From assembly GCA_002269645.1 (NCBI GenBank), contig NIVC01000690.1, positions 310,001-374,000 on the forward strand: a stretch of 64,000 nucleotides of DNA. The letters are read 5' to 3'. The position numbers were made by a program, and so were the translations under genes. Source of the stretch: Macrostomum lignano. Taxonomy: Eukaryota. The notes beneath the pieces are model-generated. The model did not search any database and was not told the DNA's origin. It was given only the letters and a program-made list of their open reading frames with translations. Positions 37,437 through 51,261 of the stretch are shown piece by piece (position 1 is the stretch's first letter; each line of letters opens with the position of its first letter).

Positions 37437-37848
37437 CAGGGGTCGGCAAACTTTTAACCTCAAGGGCCAGATTGAGAACCCAGCTCATGACTGCCCTTCT
37501 GGGTCCGCTTCGCTGCCATGCAGCCGCTGGGCCCCCTAAGAAGCGGGCCCAGGAGTCCTGATGACTGCGGGCCAGAGGAGGGAGAGAGGGTAAGGAATAG
37601 AAAAGAGAAATACGAGCATTTAGGAGAAAGGAGAGGCGAATGAATAATGGTTTAGAGAGTATATGAGATGATCGAGAGATGAAATATGAGAGAGAGGAGA
37701 AGGGAGATGAATTAGGAGAGGAGAGAGGAGGGAAGGGAGAAGAGAATGGAGAGGAAAAGGGAGATGAGAGGAGAGGAAAGAGGTGAGCAGCTAAGAGAGG
37801 TGAGGAGATGAGAGGAGAAGAGAGAGGTGAGGAGATGAGAGGAGAGAG

Positions 37849-37919
<71 letters not shown>

Positions 37920-38262
37920 AGGTCACGGCGTGTTAATTTTTTTAATAAAGGCTACCGGTTTCAAGCCTCTAGGCTCTTCGTCGGGCCAAAAAATTCCAAA
38001 TTCGTCAGGAGAGCGGAGAGGAGAGAGGAGATAAAAGAGATGAGGAGATGAGAGGAGAGGAGAGAGGAGAGGAGAGGACAAGAGAGAATATGAGATGTGA
38101 GATGTGAGATGTGAGATGTGAGATATGAGAGAGAAGAGATCTAAGAAGAGACACAAATAGAGTGGGCTGGATTGCTATATTGTGTAGATTCAAAGGACCT
38201 AAGGGCCCGATAGAGAGACTTGCGGGCCACATGTGGCCGACCTGGAAGTTTGCGGACCCCTA
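37437..38262. mobile_element. hAT (Charlie-like) MITE with internal GA microsatellite
   Basis: TIR CAGGGGTCGGCAAACTT / AAGTTTGCGGACCCCTA; TSD TTTTAGTG / TTTTAGTA (7 of 8). Confidence 0.8.
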
Positions 38263-39865
38263 TTTTAGTATTTAGCCTTTTTAATTTGGCGTCTCTGATC
38301 GAAATCCAAAGCTGAATTAAACCGCTGCTGGCGCTGCAACCAAAATCACTAAAATGCCGTCAGCTAAAACAATAGAGGCAGCGCCAAGAGGAACTGAAGG
38401 AGGCAATTGCCAAGAGATCCAGAAAATTTCTAATCTTGCCCTTGCAGTTTCCCGTTCTTCCATTTGAGTAGTCCTTGATCATTGAATAATAGCGTCGGAA
38501 CTTCGAGACGTCTCTTCGATTTGATTTTCGATTGAGTGGGCGGTGCGTGCGAGACGAACCAAAAACGCAGAAAAGGAATAATTACAATTAGCCATAACTT
38601 AACCTTAATGCAAATACATGTACAGTATATAACATGTAATTGGCCCGTATATACTGCAGGCCGGGTTATTGTAGCATTAAAAAGGGGGATTAGCATAGTT
38701 CCATGAGCAAGACTAACGGCTGGTCCAGATTCTGTAAGAGGCCAAAATGACACGATTTCTCCGGGACCTGTAACAAGGAGCACAATTAAAACACGAACTT
38801 CCAACGGGTGGACCAAACCCTTTAACAACAATCAAGTTGACAGTGTTAGCCCCCACTAACGCTTTTTTAGTTTCCCACTAATTTGCAAATTGAAGAAGAA
38901 AAAATCTACGAAAAAGACGAACTCAGTATCAAGTATGGACTTTGGCTACACATGGCCCGCGTACAGCAATTCAACGTCGGCGATATCGGCCGACGTTTCC
39001 GATGCACCAACGACGTCGGTAAATTGATGTACTGTAAAAGTATTACTATATACTAGCAAACTAGCTTGGACCCGTTGACCTTATTCTTTCTAACAATTAA
39101 ACAATTAGGTAAATCTGGCTGTCTGTTTAATAGCAAGAAATCCCAGTTGTACATACGAGCGTATGTAGCCATGGCAACTCTGGGGATCCCATCGTTAAAC
39201 ACCGCCAGTCCCTTAAAAGTCCCCCAGTCGCCAGGGCCGGATCACCATGGGGGTATTCCGAATACCCTAAATCGACGACCCCCTCCGTTATTCACTAAAT
39301 ATATCTCGACATCTAGTGGTCGAAAAATAACATTTGAAAGGTCTTTTTTGAGTGGCTTTAAGGCATAAAGCCGCATGCATAGTGTTATAGGTAAGTTATA
39401 TCTGGAATATTGAAGAGCAGCTCTTCATGGATTACTGCACCTGCACCTGTTCAATTCATTTTCTGTGCGTGCTGAATCCATAAGAGGAAGCTTTGCTAGT
39501 CGGTTCATTTTTTTACTGAATAATTGGCTCCCTCTGGCCAAAAAGCAGTTCTCAAAAGACACAATAGACCAATGGCTTATGTGTGCCACTTAAGATGAAA
39601 TCGGATATTGCCGATTTATGCACACTTCAGCAACGGACCAATATATTTTGATCGAAGGCCAGTCCTACCTGACAACTGAATGAGCACTGCTGCACCTTCA
39701 ACTGTGCTAATTGATGCATGAACCCTATGATTGACTGACTGGTGCATTCAATGCTTTAGACTTAAAACTGGTCGTCCCAAGTGAATGATATAGAGTTTTT
39801 CCCATAATTCCAACTTTTGCCACCTCCTGACCCGACAAAGAGACGGGGAAGGGCCGCTAATAACT

Positions 39866-40735
<870 letters not shown>

Positions 40736-41290
40736 GTATCTAATTTAACGCACTTATTCTTCCCAGATTCTAAAGTGTTTGCTAAAGTCTGCTTTCTATG
40801 TTGTGAAATTTAGAGATGGTGGAGAAAATGATTTTTATTAAATTGTAAACTGTAGGAAGTTTTTAGTCTGTGGACTACCTACCCACAAACAACCCATTTT
40901 TAGTATACAGGAAGTGCTTGTTTTCCTACGTGAACTGTCTCGTCTTTAGACTTAAGCCATATTGACACTCATACATCAAATCACAGCCCCCTCTCTCTGG
41001 ATTGACGCAAACTAAACAACATTCAGCAAAAATTCATGCCTGGCATGAATCGCCTATCTATGCATAGTCCGCATAGATTTTGTAAAGAAAATAACTGGAG
41101 CGAGCGCACGTTGATTTTTATTTAGCAGCCGATGGAATAGGCGATCTGGAGAGCGGGGAGCTTGCTCATAGTTGTTCGGAATAGTCGTTCACACAAAAAC
41201 CAGTTCAACCGAAACAATTCTGTTTTGTTAAAGTGCTATATGTAGATCAGCTGTAGAGCGTGAGAGAAAGAGACAGACAGACAGACAGAC

Positions 41291-41337
<47 letters not shown>

Positions 41338-41379
41338 TGCAGAGACTCTCAACAGTGCAAGATATTCGCAAATCAGAGA

Positions 41380-42670
41380 CACCGAGGAAGCGCCGAAGTG
41401 CGTTCGAATCCGTGGGTGTCGGCCAGTCAGTGATTATTTGGATCTTCTTCTGGAGAGGTTTTATTCCTTCAGGAGTCACGCGATGGCCAAGGAAATCTAC
41501 CTCGGACTGAAAGAATTCGCACTTCTTCAAATGAACCTGTAGGCCGTGTGTTCTTAGGCGGTCCAAAACTTGTTCCAAATGCGAGTGGTGGTCCTCACGA
41601 GTCTTTGAGAATATCAGGACATCATCGATGTAAGAGATGACGAATGACAGTCCGTGAAAAACAGAGTCGATGAAGCGTTGAAATGTTTGTGCTGCATTCC
41701 TCAGGCCGAAGGGCATGCGTGTGTACTCGAACAATCCAAATGGTGTGGTGATAGCGGTTTTGCAAATATCCTCTTCGGCGACTGGAATTTGATGAAAGGC
41801 GCGAACAAGGTCTAACTTTGAAAACACAGTGCTTCCGTGTAGGTACCGGGTGAATGTTTGAATGTGTGGAACCGGATAGTTGTCCGGCTTTGTTCGTTTG
41901 TTCAATTCGCGATAGTCACCGCACGGACGCCAGCCAGCTCCCTTGGGTGCCATGTGGAGGGGTGACGCCCAAGCGCTTGAGGAAGGTCTGAGGTAGCCAG
42001 CATCGATTAGCTGCTGAAACTCCTGCTTTGCAGCCTGTAGTTTTGCAGGGTGCAGTTGCCGGGGTCGCAAGTGAATCGGTTGTCCACCACCAGTGTCTAG
42101 CCGGTGAACAGTGTCATGCTTGACCTCTGAAGCTGGCGGAAGGGCTCCGCCTTCAACGAAAGAAAAACAATCTGCAAACTTTGTCAACAGCGTACTTGTC
42201 CGAGAATCCAGGTTGGGTGGCAGTTCTACCGACACAGTAACCGGGCCACAATGAACATTTGAAATTGACAAGGTAACAGTAGACAGTCCTGTTTCTGAGT
42301 CTCGAACGTGTTTGCGCTGACAATCGACAACTAACCCATGGTGAGCCAAGAAATCGTAACCAATGATGGGTTTCACCACTGACGCCACGAGGAAGGTCCA
42401 CTGGAAGGCGCGACGCAAACCGCGGATTGAGACATCCAGTAGGACCGACCCGCGAACTGGTATGGCGGCTCCGGTGGCAGTAATTAAACGAACGTTTGTA
42501 TCTTGAACGAGTGCGTTAACAAGGTGAGGTGGAACAATAGAAACCGAGGCTCCGGTATCCACAAGAAACTTGCTGTAGGTATTGTTGATTTTAACATCTA
42601 ACTCCAAACAGGTGGTCGATGGTATCTCGGCACTGCGCACCGCGACCTCGGTCGCAGTGCGATTTAGTTT
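41380..42670 (-). CDS. pol: Gypsy Pol (aspartic protease plus RT), truncated; -1 frame relative to gag
   Basis: [68 protein letters not shown]. Confidence 0.95.
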
Positions 42671-42673
42671 TCC
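42637..42673 (-). other. -1 programmed ribosomal frameshift signal
   Basis: G GAA AAC (42673-42667), 6-nt spacer TAAATC, 10-bp hairpin GCACTGCGAC-CGAG-GTCGCGGTGC. Confidence 0.75.
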
Positions 42674-43569
42674 GGCTGTCGAGAAGGTGATGATGAACGC
42701 GACTGAGATGGCGTTTTTTCATTGGGATGCAGCACTCGGATCGGACGCGAGCTGTCCTTGGGAAACTGGCACCACGGGCGACACGACCGAGCACGGCGTC
42801 CATAGTAGAGGTGTGAGCGGCAAACGACGGGGCGTTGGCCAGGCTTAAATGGGTCTGTTCCAGTGGGCTTACCAGGTGCTTGTCGGCGTGGAGCTTGCTC
42901 AAAGCGCTGTTGGGGTGTCCGATCTGCACCGGCCTGCTGAATTGGGCAAACTGTCGCTGGCGATGGAGAGCTAAGGCCTCTGACGACCAACATCGAGTCA
43001 GCAATCTCGGAAATTTGCTGGGATGACTGCTGTTGGAATCCCGACAGTGCGATACGAAGGTCCTGTGGAAGACAGCGCATCAGAGTGGCCTTGAGGAGTT
43101 CCTCGTCGGGCTGTATCTGGCACTGCTCCATCTTGCTCCGGAGTTTGCGCATGAAGATTGATGGCTTGTCTCCTCCGAGGTCCGAGACTTGCAATACTTC
43201 CGAAACCTTCTCCTGCTTGGACTTTTGCAGAGTCGATGTAATTGCTGTTTTCAGTTGTTCGTACTGTTTTGGAGTCTGAGCGGACAAGTGCAGAGCCGCG
43301 ATATCCTCCGGTAGATGAGAGACTAGGTGGTAAAATTTGGCGGTCTCGTTGGTCACCCTGTTGAGCATAAACTGGGCCTCCAGCGTGAGGAACCATGCTT
43401 CCGGGTTGTTGCGATAGAAGATTGGCAGCTTCAGGTGGGCCAGGGAGACTGAAGCGGTGTCGGCGGCGTTTCCTACTGCATGTGTAACCACTGGTGCGGC
43501 CGAACTTGGTGCGGCTTGCGTGGTTGTAGGTGGTGTAGGAGCGGAATTGTTGCTTGCACTGTCCGTCAT
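42664..43569 (-). CDS. gag: Gypsy Gag
   Basis: [36 protein letters not shown], zinc-knuckle-like [18 protein letters not shown]; intact 301 aa. Confidence 0.9.
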   Translation of the reverse strand: MTDSASNNSAPTPPTTTQAAPSSAAPVVTHAVGNAADTASVSLAHLKLPIFYRNNPEAWFLTLEAQFMLNRVTNETAKFYHLVSHLPEDIAALHLSAQTPKQYEQLKTAITSTLQKSKQEKVSEVLQVSDLGGDKPSIFMRKLRSKMEQCQIQPDEELLKATLMRCLPQDLRIALSGFQQQSSQQISEIADSMLVVRGLSSPSPATVCPIQQAGADRTPQQRFEQAPRRQAPGKPTGTDPFKPGQRPVVCRSHLYYGRRARSCRPWCQFPKDSSRPIRVLHPNEKTPSQSRSSSPSRQPEN

Positions 43570-44660
43570 TGGATTTGTCTTCTGTGAGTGTTGAGTATGC
43601 GAGTAATATCTTTCGCCGCCTCACCGGACCAATTTGTAGTGAAACTACAACTTAACTTAGATTCGAATTGGAATATATTTTATGAGTTAACGACGAGAAG
43701 GCTTGGGGCGAGAAACTTAACTGCGAGAAAGAACTGTAAAAGGAATTTAGTCTATGGTAATTTATGACAAACTGAGTTGCAAATAAAAAGTACAACAAAA
43801 TACCCATAACGCTTTTATCCCTCATGGTGTATGCCCGTATTATCCCATAGGCTTAATTGTACCCACTGGAATTTCAATAGCAGCTTCAGTATATGAGCTT
43901 GAGTAGCAATGCATTGAATTCGCAGTTAATTCTATAACCTAAACTATAATTTTACCATTGCTCCAACCCGAAGCCTGGAAGCATTCAGCAATCGCGAGTA
44001 GTAGGGGAAGAGCAGAAGACGAATTCAGAGTAAAAGTAAATACACCCGATGACCTGGCAGTGACAGCGAGAGTGAGTTGTTACTGGCTATAGATACGGGC
44101 TTACTCCTCGCATAGCAGTGCCTGTGCAGGCTTCCATTTCCTCCTCCCTAAATAAACAATTCCGTATCTTTAGCAGCGGATAATGAGAAACTGTAACCCG
44201 GGCCCTCGGCCTTTAGGATAGGTGATGAAGCCTGAACGACTAGCCCCAATGCAGTTAGGGAAACTGGATCGAGTTTTAGGCGATCTAGTCTAGAGCAATC
44301 GGAATTAAATTAAATTTTGCTTCGCTTCGACTATAGCGCATTTCGAATTCCTTCACCATTCGCGGGTCCAAGAGATCGTGTTTTAATTTTCCAACGACTA
44401 TTTATGGGCATTTTGATATCGATATTTTGCATCGGTTTCTATATGCAATCAACTTCGTTTCTATATTCATCGGAAAGTTATTTCTAATCAGAATGAGGCA
44501 TTAGTACTCGCGTACTTAAGTGTGCTCACGGACATTGGTTTGTGTGAGCTGTTATAACTCAGGCGACCTTGTTTCCCCTGCCCTGAAGTTTGCTGATCCC
44601 AGCACTGAAGCGCATTTAACCTTGCCAAGAGTCCTTTGCTATTAGATGTGGCTACCCCTG

Positions 44661-45610
44661 CCTGAAGTGTCTACCATTACCCTGAAGTGTCTACCATTAC
44701 CCTGAAGTGTCTACCATTACCCTGAAGTGTATACCATTACCCTGAAGTGTCTACCATTACCCTGAAGTGTCTACCATTACCCTGAAGTGTCTACCATTAC
44801 CCTGAAGTGTCTACCATTACCCTGAAGTGTCTACCATTACCCTGAAGTGTCTACCATTACCCTGAAGTGTCTACCATTACCCTGAAGTGTCTACCATTAC
44901 CCTGAAGTGTCTACCATTACCCTGAAGTGTCTACCATTACCTTGAAGTGTCTACCTCTGCACTAAAGTGTCTATCCTTGCCGTTGAATGTTTTTCCTTGT
45001 CCTGAAGTGTCTACCCTTGGCCTGAAGTGTCTCTCATTGCCCTGAAGTATCTCTCTTTGCCCTGAAGTGTCTTTCTTCGCCCTGAAGCGTCTCATTGCCC
45101 TGAAGTGTTTACCCTTGTCCTGAAGTGTATACGCGTGCCCTGAAGTGTCTTCCCTTGCACTGAAGTGTCTTCCCTTGCACTGAAGTGTCTTCCCTTGCCC
45201 TGAATTGTCTCTCATTGCCCTGAAGTGTCTCTCATTGCCCTGAAGTGCCTCTTTTTGCCCTGAAGTGTCTTCCATTTGCCCTGAAGTATCTTCCTTTTCC
45301 CTGAAGTGTCTCTTTTTGCCCTGAAGTGTCTTCCTTTGCCCTGAGGTGTCTCTCATTGCCCTGAAGTGTCTCTCATTGCCCTGAAGTGCCTCTTTTTGCC
45401 CTGAAGTGTCTTCCATTTGCCCTGAAGTATCTTCCTTTTCCCTGAAGTGTCTCTCTTTGCCCTGAGGTGTCTTTCTTCGCCCTGAAGTGTCTCTCTTTGC
45501 CCTGAGGTGTCTTTCTTCGCCCTGAAGTGTCTCTCATTGCACTGGAGTGTCTCTTTGCCTTGAAGTGTCTATACAATTACCCTGAAGTGTCTACCCTTGC
45601 CTTGAAGTCT
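44661..45610. repeat. ~20-bp minisatellite (CCTGAAGTGTCTACCATTAC)n, homogeneous to ~44940 then divergent
   Basis: Direct reading. Confidence 0.95.
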
Positions 45611-46995
45611 CTACGGATACATTTGATCATTTCATTTCTGCAGCAAATATTTGTGAGTCATGGCACTCAAATAAACAAATATTCCAAAGTTCCGAAGGGA
45701 TTTACTTCATTGCACAAAACAGAAAAATACACACAAATATATTTTATATTTCTTTCAGGGCAAAAGGCGCAAAACACAAACTTTAAATGGCGTCTTTTCA
45801 TGTGCAGAATATTGAATATTATTGAAGACAAATTTAACAGTATTTTAGACATTTTATTCAAAGAATTCATAAAGCTTCTAAAATAGGAAATTATACGAAA
45901 AAATATCAGTTACTTCTTAGACAGAAATCCAAAGACAAAACGTAAATTAGGTGTTGCACAGGTGCAGTAGTATTGGTTCAATGACAACACAAATGCACGG
46001 AGAACAAGCCACTTTTAACATCTTTTAATAGGAACGGTCAAAAATAGATTTTTTTGCAGTAAATTTTGTTAAATCGAAGCGATTTTTATAAGATTCAACA
46101 ACAACGGGGAAGAGAAAATATCTGTCAATCACTAAGTTCTCTGTAAACTGGCAAAAGATGCAACGGCAAGATTCGCCGTCAGTTTTCTGGCGAATGTAAA
46201 ATCATCAGCCAAGTTAATCGTGAAGCCAACCAAATTTGAGAATTGTTATTTGAAAGCTGTAGATTCGGTCTTGCCCAATAGACATCAGCACAAAGAAGGA
46301 CGTCATTGCAAGATCAAATCTACAGCTGACAAATGGCAATTCTCGACTTGGTTGGCCCACAGATTCTATATAGTTACGCTAAGATGGGCCACTCCCCCCC
46401 TTTCTGCATGAAGGCACTTTGTCTATGGTTGGACTCGTCGATTCTAGACAGTAAGCAAAGGGACAGCTTTTGGGTTGGTCTAACTTGGCTGGCAGAAGCA
46501 ACACTTGTGCAAGACCATAGACAATTTAAAGTAGAAGGACGCCTCAAATACGTAACATATTACCAACCGAATTTACGGCAAAATTACTTTTGCTGCTAAT
46601 GGCAACCTACGGAGGGGTTTGGCTAACGGTGAATCCCCAAATTGATGCTTAATTAGGCCCGCCAACCGTAGATTGGAAAAGACACCAGAACCACCCTTCA
46701 GGGAACAGCTAGTGAGACACTGCTCACTAGTGGGGTGACGTCCATTCTCCGGCTACCCGCGTGGCTCCTGATCCTCAGGCAGTGAGGCATCTTCTAATGG
46801 TTCTAATATGTTTCCAGGTGTAATCTTTCTATTAAAATAATTGTCTTGAAGGAACTTGCAATGACAACATTCTTATGCATGCAATCACGCTAATGCATTG
46901 TTGCCGCAGAAATCAGGACTTTCTTGAGAGTGTAAATATAGCGTCCAGTTCTAGCGAGTACTTTAGCTGTTGTGACTTTTCCGTCTACCCACTCT

Positions 46996-47099
46996 CTATC
47001 TGGGCTGCTCGCGCATGACAGTCAGGTAGTGACCGGTCGAACCGGGTGGCAATCTGAGGTAGCCACGAGAGCTGGTCGGTGGTTGCTGCTGATGAGCCC

Positions 47100-47142
<43 letters not shown>

Positions 47143-49084
47143 ATAGTACAGCTGCTGAGACGGCGGAGTGTCGACGTTGTAGCTGCGACTTCGCTGACTC
47201 ATCGGAGAAGCCCGACCGCCAGACGGTGGCCGGTAGTCCGAGCGGTCTGTCTCAAATCTCTTCAACCGACCGTGCAGGTGTTGCTGCGTCTGCAACTGCG
47301 GTTGCTCATCCTGCTCGTCCACTTTCAAGAACTCGTTGAAAATAGCATTGGTGCGCTCGTCAATGCTGTAGTCGCGTTGAAGACGCGTACTTTGACGCCG
47401 CTGCGGCTGCTGCTGGTGCATTTCACCTTGGTTGAAAAATTTATCAAAGACCGCAGCCTTGCTGTCACCGCTATCGTCTAGATGTGCTTCGATTTCCATT
47501 CGGAGCTGCTCTTCTTCGTTGTCAAGCTCCAGAGGATGATGGCGCGGCTGCGGCTGCGGCTGCGGCTGCGGGCTGAACCGGCGTCGGTCCTCGCTGAACT
47601 TCCGTCGTCTGGCTGACGCTCTGGAATCCGGCGGCACTGCCGGGTCAGCCTGGGTCACGATTAGCGTTGGCGACCTCTGGCACTGCTGCTGCCGCTTGGC
47701 CTGCTGCAGCACCTGCTGCTGGCTTTTCACCAGGGCGGGCTTCGCTGGCAGGGACCTCTGCCGCTGCTGCTGCTGCTGCAGGTGCTGCGGTGACAGCGAG
47801 ACGGCTCCTGGTGGCAGCAGTGGCGAGTTCTGCTTCTCAACCAGCGGATGCTGGCACAACTGGCTTTGCTGAGGGGTCTGCCTAGGCGACGACGATAGTC
47901 GAAGAGAATGCTGGCCGATCAAAACGGCTGGCAGGGTTTTTCCGACTCCGACGACGCCGCTAGCGCCTTGAGACTCCACGCTCTTGTAGCCGGAGTCCCG
48001 CTGCATCTGCTGCAGCTTCCGGCTGCCGCTGCTGGAACCGCCGCCGCCTCCGCCGCCGCCTGCGCCGCCACCAGTTGAGTCCGTGTGCGAGTCGGCGCCA
48101 GTTGATGACTCAAAACTAGTCGTAGTGTTGTGACCTGGCCCGCTAGAGTTGGACCGCGAGGTCGGCTCCACCTCCGGATCGGTTGTCGCCGTCTCGAAGC
48201 TGTCCAGACTCGTCTCGCCGCTCGCGTTGGCCTTCTGGCTGCGCCGAGCGAGGCCGGCCTGCCGAAAGTGCTGACGTCGCGTCTCGGTCTCCGGTGCGAT
48301 CGCGGCCTCCGGTGCTACAGCTGCTGGCTCGCCGCCGCCGGCCGCCGCTTCGAAGCTGCAGCGCAGGCGCCAGAGTTGTCGAGGATCGCGTCCTGTTGTG
48401 TCAGACACCGCAGCAACCAGTGGAAGCCGCATTCGATGGTGATGCAGCTGCTGCTGCTGCTGCCAGCCGACGCCCAACGGCCCCGGAGGAGCCTCCTGGT
48501 AGTAAACTGGCAAGTAGCGCCGCTGCTGAGCAAAATAGCTGCCCGCTCCGATGAGCTCGTCATCGGGGATCTCGTCCAGCATTAGCTGATTATCCTGGAC
48601 CTCCTCCAGACTGCCAGTGTCGTTATATCGCACTACACTTGGCGGACTGTCACGCCGCTCCTTGGCGTTGGGATTCTCGATGCACTCAGCGTCGAAACTG
48701 AACGCCTTTCGGCTGTTTGGTGAATTACTGGGCGCGGCCAGCAGCGACGCAGAAGGATGACGGCCAGCTTGCTGCTGCTGCTGCTGCTGCTGTGGAGAAG
48801 ACAAAGACGCAGTTCGCTCCGAAGTGGCTCTCGGTACGCCAGCTCGACGACTTCGACCAACGACGACGTTGTACTGCTCGGTCGACGGTCCGGGATGAAG
48901 CGGCAGCGGCGAAGTCGACGTCGACGACATGTTGGCGACCAGGGTTGGGGTCGGCGTCGGCGTCTGGGTAGGCGTCGGAGTCGATGTCGGACGCTGATGC
49001 GGCGCCGGAAGCTGCTCTGCGACGCCGCGCGACGGAACTCGAGGCGACAGCCGATAATGCGGCTGCGACAACTGCTGGCGAGCG
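46996..49084 (-). CDS. CBARP: Large terminal exon of a CBARP/BARP-like protein (voltage-gated Ca channel beta-subunit-associated regulator)
   Basis: Ordered motifs RQLWRLRCSFE, RKLQQMQRDSGYKSVE and QRDYSIDERTNAIFNEFL match remembered vertebrate CBARP motifs RDLWSLRASLE, RRLLQMDSGYASIE, RRDYSIDEKTDALFHEFL; acceptor CTTGCATCAG|49084, phase 2. Symbol is by recalled similarity only. Confidence 0.65.
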
Positions 49085-49151
49085 CTGATGCAAGGGTTCA
49101 AAAATTTCAAATAAATGATTGATTGTTTTACATTTACACTATTTTAATCGG

Positions 49152-49483
49152 GAGCACTAGAGGCGCCAGCACCAGAGGCGCCAGCACCAGAGGCGCCAGC
49201 ACCAGAGGCGCCAGCACCAGAGGCGCCAGCACCAGAGGCGCCAGCACCAGAGGCGCCAGCACCAGAGGCGCCAGCACCAGAGGCGCCAGCACCAGAGGCG
49301 CCAGCAACAGAGGCGCCAGCACCAGAGGCGCCAGCACCAGAGGCGCCAGCACCAGAGGCGCCAGCACCAGAGGCGCAAGCACCAGAGGCGCCAGCACCAG
49401 AGGCGCCAGCACCAGAGGCGCCAGCACCAGAGGCGCCAGCACCAGAGGCGCCAGCACCAGAGGCGCCAGCACCAGAGGCGCCT
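49152..49483. repeat. 15-bp minisatellite (ACCAGAGGCGCCAGC)n
   Basis: Direct reading; intronic. Confidence 0.97.
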
Positions 49484-50019
49484 GCACATAGGGGGAGGGG
49501 CACCATAGTTTTTGGCAGGCCCATTGACGGAGTCGTGCCCGCACCCTCACTTACCCCACTGGCTACGCCCCTAGCCAAAGTTATAACTAAAGTACAGAAT
49601 GTACGGAATTAGCCGCAACACTTTTGGCTGATGAAGACTCGCAGATTTTGTTTGAGCTTTGCTGCCTGTTTACCTTTGTCAGAAAACTTCTGTCCGTTTG
49701 TACGGAGAAAGCAGAATGAAAGCGCAAACATAAAAGTGAGAATGAAGTCTGAAATAGGCGGGGAAGCTTGGCATCTGAGCGGAATTATGGCCACTGTTTG
49801 TTCAGATTGCGTTGGGAAATTTCCTTTGACAAAACTTTCCCTCGTGTTTACTATGACACGCAATGCCAGTTGGGAAGCAGGGATTGCTACAAGAGGAAGT
49901 GGCGGATGTGATTGAGAAATAGTCGAGTGAGTGGGCCGGGAATTGAAACAAAGGCAGAATAAACAATGAGCTTCCTGCTTCGGGTGAAAAAGTTTTGAAT
50001 GATGCCTAAGAGGGTGAGC

Positions 50020-50610
50020 TAGTCTGAGAGAGATAGAGGGTGAGATAATGTGAGATAAGATGAGAGATTGAGGGTGAGATAGGGAGAAAGATAAGGGTGA
50101 GATAAGATAGGTGATAAGGGTAAGATAAGGTGAGAGATAGCGGGTGAGACAAGATGAGAGACAGGGTGAGATAAGGTGAGAGATAAAGGGTGAGATAAGG
50201 TGAGAGATAGCGGGTGAGACAAGATGAGAGACAGGGTGAGATAAGGTGAGAGATAAAGGGTGAGATAAGATGAGAGATAGCGGGTGAGACAAGATGAGAG
50301 ACAGGGTGAGATAAGGTGAGAGATAAAGGGTGAGATAAGGTGAGAGATAAAGGGTGAGATAAGGTGAGAGATAAAGGGTGAGATAAGGTGAGAGATGGAG
50401 AGAGATAAAGGGTCAGATATCGTAGAGGGTGGGATAAGGTAAGAGATAGATGGTGAGATAGAGAGAAAGGTAGTGGGTAAGAGAGCGAGAGATAAGGGTG
50501 AGATAAGATAAGAGACAGGTTGAGATAAGATGAGATAGAGGGTGAGATAAGGTGAGATATAAAGGGTGAGATAAGGTGAGAGAGTGAGAGATAGAGGTTG
50601 AGCTAGGGTA
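50020..50610. repeat. GA-rich satellite (GGTGAGATAA-based)
   Basis: Direct reading; intronic. Confidence 0.9.
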
Positions 50611-50856
50611 AGAGAGAGGGTCAGAATGTGTTGACAGACGGCTCCAATACATTTTATTCGATATTGTACTCAACGCTGGGCCATAATGAAGTAGAAGAAC
50701 AGAGAGAATCGAAGACTCAAAGGAGACTAAAACGCACATTAAAGGTCAAATAATAACTGCACTAAAAGCCAATGCATCTGGCTATACTAAAAGGTTTTTT
50801 CGAAAAAAAGGCGCTGCATTTAGTCAGTCCATATGCAGCATTGCAAATGCGCTCAC

Positions 50857-50950
50857 TCTGATGCAGAAGTGCTGGCTAAAGAGTTCTCCATCAGGGAGGC
50901 TGTTAACTCCATGGCAACGGCAGTTTGATAATGCTGCTGTTTTTTCGATT
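50857..50950 (-). CDS. Internal exon of the CBARP-like gene (94 nt, phase 1 to 2)
   Basis: TTTTTTCAG acceptor, GTGAGC donor, open frame ESKKQQHYQTAVAMELTASLMENSLASTSASD. Confidence 0.7.
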
Positions 50951-51261
50951 CTGAAAAAATTGGCAATGAATAATTGCAGATAAATAATGCAGTTTCTATG
51001 CAAAAGCGTGAAGTAGATCATTAGATTGAATAGGGTTGGTTCGAAATAAAGATGAGATGCATTAGCAGTTCATGGCTCATTCAGTGATGCCAATATCTGA
51101 CAATTGCACTATGATCTGGGGTGAAATTTTTCATAATATGGGTGAGACTTTTCATGATTCGGAGTGAGGTTTTTTAAGATTTGGGGTGAGATTTAACATA
51201 ATTTATATACTGATACTGTTGCTTGGCGAGCTTTTGCTGGCTGGTGGTGACCTTTAACTGG

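Larger units (their letters stand above)
41380..44150 (-). mobile_element. 3'-truncated Ty3/Gypsy LTR retrotransposon (5' LTR, PBS, gag, partial pol)
   Basis: LTR end ...CACTACA at 43635, PBS-like TGGTCCGGTGAGGCGG (43616-43631), gag and pol ORFs; pol stops after RRFLG, with no RNase H, integrase or 3' LTR. LTR 5' end not located. Confidence 0.92.

Noticed and set aside
38430-38831. 133-aa minus-strand ORF
   Set aside because: No motif, splice support or compositional signal.
49609-49990. Hydrophobic stretch FILTFMFALSFCFL as the missing CBARP transmembrane exon
   Set aside because: Lies downstream of exons already chained in phase and has no supporting splice sites.
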